The notes beneath the pieces were generated by a model, which saw nothing but the letters and a program-made list of their open reading frames with translations, was not told the origin of the DNA and did not search any database. Below are positions 49,901 to 61,900 of a stretch of 64,000 nt of DNA, one piece after another. A program made the position numbers and the translations under genes. Numbering within the stretch: position 1 is the first letter of the stretch; each line of letters opens with the position of its first letter. Origin of the DNA: Euglena gracilis (Eukaryota); contig CP154954.1 of the NCBI GenBank assembly GCA_039621445.1, positions 46,355,847 through 46,419,846 of the forward strand. The letters are read 5' to 3'.

Positions 49901-52900
49901 CGAGCTGCAGCGCCGCGTGGCGGACGCCGAAATGCGGCGGAGTGGCGTGCGGCGGCTGACCGAAGACCGCCGACCCGCCCCCAAGGCCGCCAACCCTCCT
50001 CCGCGCGAAGAAGAGGTGTGGCGGCATGGGCCGGCCAGGCATGTTGCCCACCGCACATCCATGCCATGTGAACATTGGGGTTGGGGGAAGGGCAAAGCCC
50101 ACTGTTTCATGTCCTCTGTATTTGAGAGGGGCTAACAGCCCAAGTAGATTACCAGTCTTCGTTCTGAAAGGGGTGGAAAGTGTTTTGATTTTATCTCAAT
50201 GGTGAGGTTAGCAATGTGGATTGGCGTGGATTGGGATGGATTAGTTTGGATTGGGTTTGCATCGGTGATGGGCATCTTTTTTGAATTTATCATTTTCATT
50301 TTTTATCATATTCATATTTATCATTATTTATCATTTTTCATTTTTTTTTTATCATATTCATAATTATCATTATTATTGTTTGTTTTTATTACAGTTTTTT
50401 GTAGCTTTTGCATTTTTTTTTGTTTTTTGTTGTATGAACTGTATGAATTGCATTCGCTTTCTCCCAGACTGTGGACCGCATCATGGCTGCGCCTGTGGAA
50501 GAAGTGCAGCCACCTCTACCCCCAGTGCCTCCTTGCCAGGCTTTTCCTCCTGTTCTCTTTGGTGTCAAATTCCATGCCGAAACACAGCAATGTGTTCACC
50601 CCCCCCCCCCCAGAGCTGACCCTGAGCCCCTTGGGTGGTGTATGAAGGGGGTTGTCCATTGAATATCCATTAGTGGGTGGGGTGGGTTGGGCTCCCCCCG
50701 CGCCAGGTTTTCTTTTTTCTTTTTCAGAACTTTCAACGGGGATCCTTCAGATGCCTTCAGTACCGAAGGAATTTGTCCTTGCGAGCTGGCATACCCACCG
50801 TGTGGCCCTGCCCCCCTGCTGCCCACCAGTTGGAGGGCAGGCACAACACTTAGGGTATCCCGGTCCGCTGGCTGACACACGGCAGGGCACCCCCCCCCTT
50901 TCTTTTCCAGGAATTCCTGGCTGGGTGGGCCCCACGGCCGCAACCAAACCGCAGTGCCCAGTTTTCTGCACGTTCGGGTTCTCCCACGCCGAATTCGCAT
51001 CAAAGTCCCCCCCCCCCTGATGGTGTCGGAGTGCTGTTTCACAAACAAAAGCCTGCCCTCGGCCCGCCCCCACTGCCCGCCACCGCCCCGCCCAGCAGCG
51101 GCGGCATGCAGATCCGGCTGAAGACCGAGGACTTGACGCAGCTGCACACCGAAGAACGCGCAGCGGCGGTGGAGGTGGAGATGCGCGTCATCCCCAGCGT
51201 TGAAGGTGCTGGCCCATGAGTTCCACTCCGCACTCCCTCTGTCTGGTTTGAGCAATCTTTGTCCAACAATCCAGTTCAAGGCAAATCCTCCAATTTGACA
51301 CAGTTTCGATCAAAATTTGCTTTTTCTGATTTTTGTGAACACTCATCCAAAATGTTGGGAAAAAATTACCGCCCCTGCCAAGAGCTGGCTCCCCTCTTCT
51401 GTTGGAGTCAGGGGGTTTTTTTTTTAGTCTTGGACCCTGGGGGGGTAGGGGGGTGGGTCTGGCCGAGCCCCCCCGGGGGGGGGTCCCCCCAGGGGGTGGG
51501 ATATACTTTTCGGCGCCAAAGGCACCGAAAATTTTGAAAAAGGTGCCTTTTTTTTAGCATTTTTGTTATTTTTTGGCCTTTTCAGGGAAAAGTGGGTTGG
51601 GCCCCCCATCCCCCCCCCCCGGCCAGGGGGTGGCGGGGTGGGTGGGGGACCCCCCCTCCCCCCAGTCTTAAAAAAAAAACCCCTGGGTGGAGTGATCATG
51701 GTTGACAAAAGCAAACAGGGCATTTAGCCATTGTGCATGTATTATGTGCCCATCACATCCCTCTGTTACGGCTTACACCGAAAGGTGGCTGTCGTTTTCC
51801 CTGGGGACAAAGACAGACTACGTGGCGATGCACACGCGGCCCCTTCTCTCTCAGTGGGCAATCCCCGGCCCGTTGCCTGGCCATTCGCGGAGGGGGCTGG
51901 GGCCAGTGCCCCCCAGCCAGCCCCGCCCCCGCCGCCCCCGCCCCCGCCTGCCGCCCCGGCGCTGTTCAGCGGGCCACCCCCGGACACCCCAGACCAGCAG
52001 CAGTGCCACCTTCAGGTGCCAGAGCTCTCCAAATTCCCTTTGCACTGTTCAGGGAATCAACGTAATGGAAATTATCACTTGCGTTGGGAGGGGTTGGTGA
52101 GTCGCCCAGCCAGTTGGTCTGACGGGTGGGGGTTTCTGGTGATAAAACCACTCATATGTGTACAACTCATATGTGCATGTGGATGTCGTTGTTCAACAGC
52201 AAAACAAACAAAACTATTTAATTGGCTTACAAAGCCTTCCAAAACAAGCTCAAATGGTGCCAAAGCCTTCAAAAAAACTCCAAATGAAGAGAAAAATAGG
52301 TAAAGCTTGTAGATGGCGTCGGGGCAGAGGTTTTTTTGTTTTTGGGGGTCGGGATCCACCTACCCACCCCTGGGGGGAGGTCTCGGGGGGGGGGGGGCTT
52401 GGGGGACCACTTTTGGGGTCAATTTCGGGGTCCAAAGGTTCTTCGGTGTACGGTGCCCACTTTGCCCAACCCCCGACCCGGGGTTGCAGGGTATTCAGAC
52501 TGATCTGCATGGTGTGCGCAGTTACAACTCTGCACCCAAAATCTGAATTTCGAAATTGAAATCTTCCCAAATTTGCTTTTTCTGAAGTATTATTTTCCTG
52601 TCATTTTTACGTTCCACGATCTTTGTTCAGGCTTTAAAAGATGAACGCCTGTGCAAGCTTTTCCATTGATTTGTTTGTTTGCCCCTGATCTATCAGTCGA
52701 ATATTTGACAACAATGGTAATAAATTTTGCCTTTTGCACAAGGGGTGTTGCAAAAAATTCTTGTTTTCATTTGCGGGATTTCATTTTTCAGACCAGCCTG
52801 ATGAAAAACATGAAAGTCACATTGGATCCAGGCTTTTGCTTAAGGACCCCCGGGTACTGGCTAGCCAATCGGCTAGACACTGGAAAAAATGGACTAGCTA

Positions 52901-55900
52901 GACCCCCCTCCCCCCCGGGGGGGGGTCCGGGGGTCCCCCCAACTGGAATTTTTTTCCTCCAGTTTTTTTCCTTTTTTTTCCTCCAGCGCTGCGCGCCGAG
53001 GTGGAAATGAGGTTTTTAATAGGTTTTTGGCTGATTTTGTTCCAAAAATTCCCAAAAAAAGTTTCTGGTGCTTCGCGCCGGTCACTGGAAAAAATTTTCC
53101 ACTAGCTAGCCCTGCTAGCAGACCCCCCCGGGGGGGGGGTCTGCTAGAAATCCCACTAGCCAGATTTGGACTAGCTGCAGTCCAGCCCCCCCCCCCCCCC
53201 GGGGGCACTGCAATCCCTTAAGCAAAAGCCTGATTGGATCGTTGTGAGTTTGGTGAGTAAATTGCTCGAAAATGTGCTCATGTTTGTGGCAATGGTGACC
53301 AATCATCAGTTGTTGTTTGCCATAATTACTTGATTGAGAGCGTCCTATTGCGTGTCTTTTTTGTCCCTTTTCACACATTCCAGCCTGGAAGGGATGTTAA
53401 ACCTGTTGGCTCAGGGCTGGCTGACGCGGCTTTACCAGTCAAATCGGCGTGCCATTTTGGTTCCATCGTATGCCTTTTGTGACTCAGGATCAGATCCTGC
53501 AGCTGCAGCAGTTTGCTGTTTCGTTCAAGTGCCATCGCCGTCAATCCCCCCAATGTCGAACAATTTATATTTATATGTTTATATCTCCACAGAAAATATT
53601 CCACACTAGGTGGGCTAACATTTGGCAAGACAATGCGCGTCAAGTTCAGCATCCTGACATCTGAGACCCAAGCCCACTACAATCGCTCAGTCACTTAACC
53701 CCCCCTGAATAGAAGCCCCTGGGGGCAACTATTCGGAACGTTGGTTGAAAACCGAGGGGGGGCTTCTATTCGGGGGGGGGGGGGGGCACTATTCAGAAAA
53801 GTGGTCGAAAACCAGTGGGTTCGAGAATTATCGAAGAAATTTCTTCGTGGGTCTACATGCCCTACCTTCTAAACCATGTCAAATCTGCTGCAAATGTTAC
53901 TCTTGTGAATGCATGATCATTAAACGTAAAATCATCCAACCCTCATTTAGAGGTATTGCAAAAACTGGAGCCCTGCACTAGACATTTACCCCCACCCCGC
54001 ACACCCCCACCCCCCCACACCCCCCCCCACACCCCCCCACACTTGACCCGTGTAGGCTCCAGTTTTTGCAATATATGCTCATTTTACCAAATGCTGAAGA
54101 AGCCAAAGCCAAAGCATTTGCCGTCTCAATTCACAGACAACCCACGGGGAGCGGTCTACTATTCGGGGGGGGGGGGGCACTATTCGGAACGTTGGTTGAA
54201 AACTGAGGGAGGGGGACTATTCGGGGGGAGGGGGCGTCTATTCAGGGGGGGTAGTCACTGGCAGACCCCCAGGGTTTGTGACTGTTTCTTTCAGAATGAT
54301 TGAGTGGTTGTTGGCCCAGACCTCCTCCCCCCTTGGGGGTGGTCTGCAAAAAAATGAAATACCCAGTGCTGAAGGCGACAAAAAACCCTTTTTTGCCATT
54401 TGTTTTTTTGTTTTTTTACGTTTGTGGTCAATTCCCCCTTGGGATTCAGAGTGGCCAACCCCCCCCCCACCAGGTAGTGGGTGGTGACTGACTGGTTTTT
54501 GGAAGTGTGGAACTGACCCTAGGGCGGTAAAAATTGCATGGAACCCGTGACAAAATGCTGGTGGTCAACCGTTTGATCGCCCCAGCCAACCGTCCAGCCA
54601 AACCCACCGTTGGCCCCCGAACGTTCCGCTCACCCCTGCGCGGTGGCGTTTGCCCCCGTTCCATGTCGGCGCGGAGGAGAAGTCACTGGAGGAGCTGGCG
54701 AAGGGGGCGGAGGACCTCCAGCGGCTTCAGCAGCTCGAGCAGCTCCAGCAGGAGGAGTCCTCGGCGAGGACCGCCCAGGGCGTGCCTGCCGCGGAGGCCC
54801 CGACCCACCGAGCAGCGCAGGGCGGGCCCGCTGGCTGTGTGACGGCCCGCGAGGGGTTGATCCAGCCGCAGCGATTTGGTCCTCTCAAATAACATTTTGC
54901 TGTCCACATTTTTGTTTTAATTTGATCTATTTAATTTGATTCAATTTAATTGATCGGGTCGCAGCATTGGCATCGGCATTAGTATTAACGTACAGCATTG
55001 CTGCGTGTTTCTGGTTTTTTGCCTCCTTGTTTTTGTTTTGGCCCGAGGCAATGCGTTTGCCCCCATCGCGCGGAAGGGTCCGTGCCACGGTTCCCGGCGA
55101 TGTGCCGGCCTCCCTCCATTCCTTGGCGTCCGGCGCCGCCCTGCGGTGGTCCCAGTGTGCCTTGCACTTCCGCTTCCGCTGCGGCCCCTTCCTGCAGCAA
55201 GGTGCCGATGGGCAGTGGCGCTGCCTCCCCCGCTTCGCCTGCCAGTACTCCTCCCCGCTGGTGTGCAGGGGCCCCCTTCCCGCTGAGCTGTTGGAGCCCC
55301 ACTCCTGTGATGACGTCCCAAACATCCCACGCACATCCCTTTCCCAAATGGCGACCACATCCATTCCCCAATAGAAAGCATTTTTAGATCGTTTGAAGCA
55401 GGACGAGAAGTTGATGCCCTTGCGGTGCCCTTTCACAGCTAGTTGTTGTTGTTTTTTTTAAAGGGGACAGTTACAAAAGAAAATGGCAGCTGACCACCCC
55501 TGTGGGCCAGGATCTGAAGTCAAGCTGTTTGGGGACGAGTTCAACAAGCCGGCCGCCACCCCCTTGTGTGATGTATGCCAACCCATCCATCCTCGGGCTA
55601 TACCACCCCGTCACAGATACCAGCGGTGGCCGCCCCCAGCGTGGAGGTTCCCCGCAGCATGCCTCCCGCGGAGCCTCAGCCTGCCCAACGCGGGCGCAGT
55701 GCCTCTGTGCAGTCCCTCTTTTGGCCGTTTGCAACCGAAATCTGCCGCGTCAGGCGGAAAGGCTTGCGGCAGTCTTTACGCCGCAACTGAAAAGCTGAGT
55801 GCCTCGGTTGGCTGGCTTTGGCATGGCATGGTGATGAATGGGAGGGGCTGGGCCCAGCTCCAGTAGCTCCAGCAGCAGCTCCAGCAGCCGACACAGCGAC

Positions 55901-58900
55901 AGCACGCGCGCCCCAACTCCGGAGCCGGAGAATGCAAACGTCAACTGGCACGATATTAACGTTGGGCCTGCAGGCTATGGTCGGAGGCTGCTGCGGAAAG
56001 GGTGTGCTGAGTTTAAAGATTCCCTGCAGGGGGATCCTGCATAATCCTGCATAGGTCTGTCTTTATAAATTCCTAAAACAGCAAAAGAATACCCAACCAT
56101 AATGGGTTTCAGAAGGACAGGAAAAACAATTTTCTGTTTCGCTTGATTGGTATTCTGTTAGGTGAGGAAATTGTTTTTCAATCATCCCACTTTTTTCTTG
56201 AAAATTTAATCAAAGAATTTTGAAGTTGAATTTTGGTACATCTCAAACCAATTTGTGTCTTTGGTATTGAGTGTCAGAGAATTTTTTGGCACCATTTTCA
56301 CAAAATATTCATCATCCTCATCAGCATTTTCCTGTTTTGAATTATTTTCACAATAATCCTTCAGGGTCGATACATTTTCCACCTATTAAAGTTGGCTGAA
56401 ATGCATTTTGTCAAGCTCCATCTTGTCTGGCAGCGCATTTTTGAAGTGCCGCTGAAAAGAATGGGCTGATGGTGTTTTTTTTTGATTCACAAAAGGCGAC
56501 TTGCAAACTCTGAAAAAAAAAGATGTTTACAACCGCCAAAATCAAGCCCTCACTGGGGCCTAAAACTGACCCCCTCCCCCGGGGGGGGGGGGTGCCTGCT
56601 TTGCCAGAAGCGAAGCTAGTGGCGGCAATAAACAGGCAAGAAGCCTCAGTGCAGCCTAAGGGGGCTTTGGGCAGGCACCACATTGCACAAGGTGCCCCCC
56701 TGGGATTGACAGAAACGGATCTTTGGCTTTCACATATGCAAAAATGGCCAGAAATTGCAAAAATGGATCGGATTTGGGCTGGCCAGGGCAAATTTTGGGT
56801 CAAAAAACCCGTGTTTTTTTACACCCCTGGCAGTTTTTTGGGGCTTTTTTGGAGTTTCAATGTTTTGATCCCCGGTTCGACTCCCAGTCTGGCCCAGTTC
56901 CAGCCCGGGGGACCCCCATGGGGGGATTAGCCAGCAGCCTTATTCCAGCCAGCCCAAATTTTCCAGCTTCTGACCTGGACCCCCCTCCCCCTCCCCTCAT
57001 TAAGCAATGCCCTGGTCTCAGGCCCAACCCCCATACATTCTGGGAGCATAATTGGGAAAACGGTTGCGTCATCTTTTGCTTCCTTGTGGTTTTGTGTGGC
57101 GTTTGTAATTTTGGGAACTTTGAAAATTTTCAAAAAAAAACTTGTTGGAAAAGCTCTAAGGTTGAACCTGCCTCTGGGGTAGGGGTTTTCTTAAGCTGTA
57201 GGGGGCTTTGCTTCCTGGGGGGGTCCAGTCAGCCATCACTTTTTTTTTTTCAAGCCAGCACCTCCCAGCCAGGCTGTGGACCCCCCCCCCAGGGGTCCGC
57301 TGAAACAAAGTTTGGGCCAGCCCAGCAAAGCCAGCCTGGCAGAAAATTTTTGAAGAAAGGGGTCAAAAAAAAATGGACAAAAATGGCATTTTTGGGTGCT
57401 TTTTGGGGTTTCACTGCTGAAAAATGCCAACCCAGCTGTATTTCAGCTTTTTCGGGTGTTCTTGGGTACCCACCGGGTCCAGCTCCCAGCCGGCCGGACC
57501 CACCCCCCACTCACCACTCACCTGACAACTGGGCCAGAAGCGAAGTTAGCGCCGGCCATGTACAGAAAAGAAGCCTGAGTGCAACTAAGGGAGCCCAGCC
57601 AGCACCTTTTTCCAGCCGGCCCGCGGACACCCCCCCCCCCCCCCTGCTTGGGGTAAGCCAGAGTCACAAAAGCAGGTTGGTTGTAATTACTCAAGGAACA
57701 TGGTTCTCTTTCTCTCTCTCTCTCTTTTGTTTCAGGTCTCAGGTATTCCGAAGGCTTGGAGATAAGGCCAGTTCACCTGCAGCACAGCGTACTCAAAGTC
57801 GAAGCCGCAGCAAGAGCCGCAGTAGAAGCAAGAGCCGAAGCAATTGCCGCAGCCGCAGCAAAGGCAGCCACTCCACGCGCAGCCGGTGTGTACTCCCCCG
57901 AAATATAGAACCAGTTCTAACCCTCGGAGGGGTGTTCCAAATTTGGTCAAGAATTTTGTCGATCCGAAGGTTACCATTTTCCCCTCACCATGTGCAATAA
58001 TTTAGACCATTTTTGGAGAGTATTTTTGGTTGCTTTGGTTGGAATTGGTGGACGAAATTTATCAGGCAGCATTTATTCAAAAAAATTGTCTCTGAAATTC
58101 CGAACCTCAAATTTTTTGGTGCTTTTTTATTCTCCGTTTCAAAACCCCCATTTCAGGGAGTGAAGTTCAAATATTTGGTCGCTAAATCAAGGACCCCAGG
58201 AGGGTTCTAAACCCCCCCCCCCACTTACTAACCCCCCCCACTTACTAACCCCCCCCCCCACTTACTAACCCCCCCCTCGGGCCGACCAACCAAACCGGGA
58301 CTTATAAACCCCCCCCTTCGGGGCAGGAAAATGAAAGCCGCCGGGGCCGATTTTTTTTGGCCTCAAACCACCCAAAAACTGATTTTTGGCCCTTTTTTTG
58401 AGATCGACCATCATCAAAAATGCCATTTTTGACCAAATTTACCAAAAATTGCCATTTTGGGGGGGTTTCGGGGTCATTTTTGGGGTTCGGATTTTCACCA
58501 ACAATTCCGGGACTTATAAACCCCCCCCCACTTACTAACCCCCCCCTTCGGCCGACCAACCAAACCGGATCCTACTAACCCCGGGGGTTTATAAGTGGGG
58601 GGTTTATATTTGGGAGGGGGGGTTCAATCTGTCTTTGTTCCTTGCACACAGGCATAATGATTTTGGGGCAATTTTGAGGCAATTTTTCATTTTTTTAAAG
58701 GTTTTTCAGGATTTTTTTTAAAGGCATTTTGAATTTTTAAAAAATTTTAAGGCGTCTATTTTCCATGGGACATCAAAGAGCTATCCGGGCATCGAACCAA
58801 CGTTGGTCCAGGCTGAAAATGAAAAGTCCAAAAACACATTTATTGGGTGGATGCACAATGTTCAAGGGATGCCAAAAACCATCTTTTTTCCCGGAGTTGG

Positions 58901-61900
58901 CTTGTTCTTGATTTTGTGACTTCTTTTTTCCAAAAAAAAATGCAAGGTTTTCAAGGTTTTTAAGGCTTTTAAGCGCCTTAAGAAATTATTAGGCCTGCTT
59001 GCCCCCCCCCCCCCCCGCGCACCATCCACAAAATGGTGCGAAATGATGAATTAAGGAAATACCGTCTCCACTTTTCTGCCCTTCCCCCCCTTTTTTCAAG
59101 CCACAATTTGTGTGGGTGCACAGCTTTAAATATCAGCAAACAGCATTTTGCAGGCAGTCCAGGCCCCATTGCTGCCACAGAGGCAGCCGCAGCGCCAGCC
59201 GCAGCAACAGCCGCCGCAAGGGCCCCAAGCAGGGATTTTTTTTTTAAAAGTTTGGGAGGAGGGGTCCATTGGACCCCCCCCCCCCAGGGGGGGGTGGGAT
59301 GTCACGGGAGGTAGGTTCGTGGGAGGTAGGTGCCGCGGCCGGCCGGCCGTCAACCAACCAAAACAGGGGTTTGGTTGGGCCGCGGCCGACCGCGACCCAA
59401 CCATGGCCATATTTTGCTGTCAGAATTCTGATTTGGTTGGGCCCCAATCAAATTGCAAAAGGTTATCACAAAACAAAAAGATTTTATGACGTTATTTGAA
59501 GAAATAGGGTTAGGGTTAAGCTTCTCATGCAAACAGTTCAAACCTTCCCACTCAACTTCGGTATATTGGCCTCTACAGGGTACTCAGCGAACCCAAAGAG
59601 CCACCCAATTAGGGTTAAAAACATGGGGGGACCTGAGCGGTGCGGAAGGCGCCGAGCGAGGGTCCCCCCATGTGTATTAACCCTAGTTGGGCGGCCTTCT
59701 GGGTTCGCTTAGTACCCTGTAGGAGCCAATTTAACCGCCATTGTGCGATGCAGTTCGCTGGGTCTGTTGTGGTTGGGTGGCCGCGGTCCAACCAAACCGA
59801 ATTTCATGATTTCAGCATCGGAAATGGTTGGCCCGCAGCCCAACCAAGATTTTTTTGGGTTGGGCCGCGGCCGGCTGCGGTCCAACCAAAGCAGCAAAAT
59901 GGTTGAGCGGCGCGACCCTACCTCCTACGAACCTACCTCCCCTTCCCCACCACCCCCCAGGGGAGTTCCTCCAAAGGGCTTGGTGGGTTTTGGCCACTTT
60001 TTGGCCTTTTTTGGCGCGAAGCGAATTTTTTTTGACCCCAGAATTGGCCCCCCAAAAGTGAGTCCCCGGACCCCTCCCCCCAGGGGGGGGGTAGGGGTAC
60101 CTTCTGGGTTGGTATGGGGGACCTCCCCCCGGTCTTAAAACAGTCCCTGGCCCCCAAGGCCGAGGGGGCCAGGGAGAAGCGGTCCAGCAGCCCCAGCCAG
60201 GCGAGCCGCAGCCCGAAGAAGGCTCGCAGGTGTGCTTTTTTTTTCTGGATAACTGCTTGCTTTTGAGATTTTGTTAAGTTGGCATAGGTTCATGGTGCTG
60301 GCAAATACCTTCTGCGATGCATTGGAGTAAGACAGGCATCTATTGTGGTTTTGCTGTCATGAACCATCACTGGTTCTGCGGTATACTATTTTTTTGTTGG
60401 GACCCATTTTCATCTGCAGTCCAAGGAAGAAATTACTGCAAATGATTCTGGGTGAAAATATCATGGGAACAATATTTTGGGAGTATTTTGATTGTGAATT
60501 TTTTTGGGTAAAATGAATTTTTCATCCTGTGCCAAATCTTTTTCAGACCACATTGCAGCCAGAAAACCCTTTTCCCCAAAGTGTGGTGAGCAAACTGCTC
60601 AAAAATGAGTCACTCGCAAATATCATACACCGATGATGGCTGCTTTTGATGACTGGCCTGGTATGGCATTTGAGGATTTCATTCGCCTTGGCTCAAGGAG
60701 GTGTTGAAAGGTGCAGAGGGAAGAAAGGCGGCGCCCTGCCGGGGGGGGGGGTTCTTTGGCAGGCACTCCAGGGCCGGGCGGGGGGGGGGTAGGGCCTGTT
60801 GCCAAAAGTGCCTGGGCACTCGGGCAAGGCACTTCTGGCCAGAAACGCCCATTTTTGGGCACTTTTTGGCACATGACCAGCAGGGGGGGATGGTGCCTGC
60901 CTGCCCAGGCATTCCAGGGCACTTGGTCAAATTCAGCCTGGTGAGGGTGTTCCCTGGATTTAGGATTGTGGTCGAAGTGAGGCTTTTTTCCTTGGACTTG
61001 AAATTGGGTGGGGGTCAAATATTATGGGAGGAAGTCACATCGAAAACTTTGATTTTCACACCCAAATCTATTTTTCTGGCGCTTGTTTTTTGTGCAAGTT
61101 GGAAATTGGAAAGTTGTTTGTTAGGGGAGAGGGGAGCCGACATACCTCCCCTCTCCCCCTCTTTGGCACCCTGCCTGCCCCAGGGCGGACTCCCAGGAGC
61201 GGGAGGCAGCCAAGCGGAAAGCCGCCCCGGGGCCCCACAAGGACCCGGTGCCCCGGAAGCTGTCCACCGCGACCCGCCGCGAGGCGCCGGCCCACCCGCC
61301 GCCCGGCTGGGAGCCCCCGCCGCCCCCTGTGGGGCCCCCACCGGGGCGGCCCCCCACCAAGGCCGCAGCCCAGCGGGGAAGGGAGAGGCAGGGCGACGGA
61401 AAGGAGCGGTCCCACCCCGCCCGTGCATCTCCTTGCCGTGTGGGGGAAACTTGCACCCCCCGCAGATTGGCCAAAGGAGGCCGGATGAGAGCGGTGGCGG
61501 CGGAAAATTTTTCGACCATTGTTTTGCGTGTTTTCCCCTCAAAATAGTCTTTTTGGAGGATTCCTTTTTTTCCTCGATTTCTTCTTGTTTGGGGAAAAGA
61601 CCACATGAAGAGCTTTTGCGTTCTCTTGTGTTCCCTCTTAATGCAGAGTTTTGGATCCAGGCTTCTTTTAAGGAAGGTTACCCCCCCCCTTGGGTGGTGT
61701 GTGCAGGCAGGGGGGGGGTATTTTTTTTAATAATCCCAGGGGTGTACCTTGTATGCAGGGGTGCCTGACCATAGCAGGCACCGCTGGTCCAGACTGGGGT
61801 TGACCCAGGTAAAGTCGTTTTCGGGCTTACCCACTGCCCACCCCAAACCTGACCCTTCGGGGGATCAAAGTGCCTGCTTGGACCTGAAATATCCACCTAA

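Noticed and set aside
53690-54275. Second exon-interrupting MITE or intron candidate (GTCACT flanks)
   Set aside because: A GT donor precedes the element. The downstream sequence CACTGGCAGACCCCC...GTGACTG matches another MITE family (cf. ~32006-32090), so it is not exon.
56723-58000. 425-aa ORF (and similar long GC-rich ORFs at 48593-49787, 60701-61768, 62122-63051) as single-exon genes
   Set aside because: They run through MITE and intron sequence; only embedded parts behave as exons.
58208-58600. Telomere-like CCCCCCACTTACTAA repeats
   Set aside because: Irregular, and arranged as subterminal repeats of an inverted-repeat element rather than a telomeric array.
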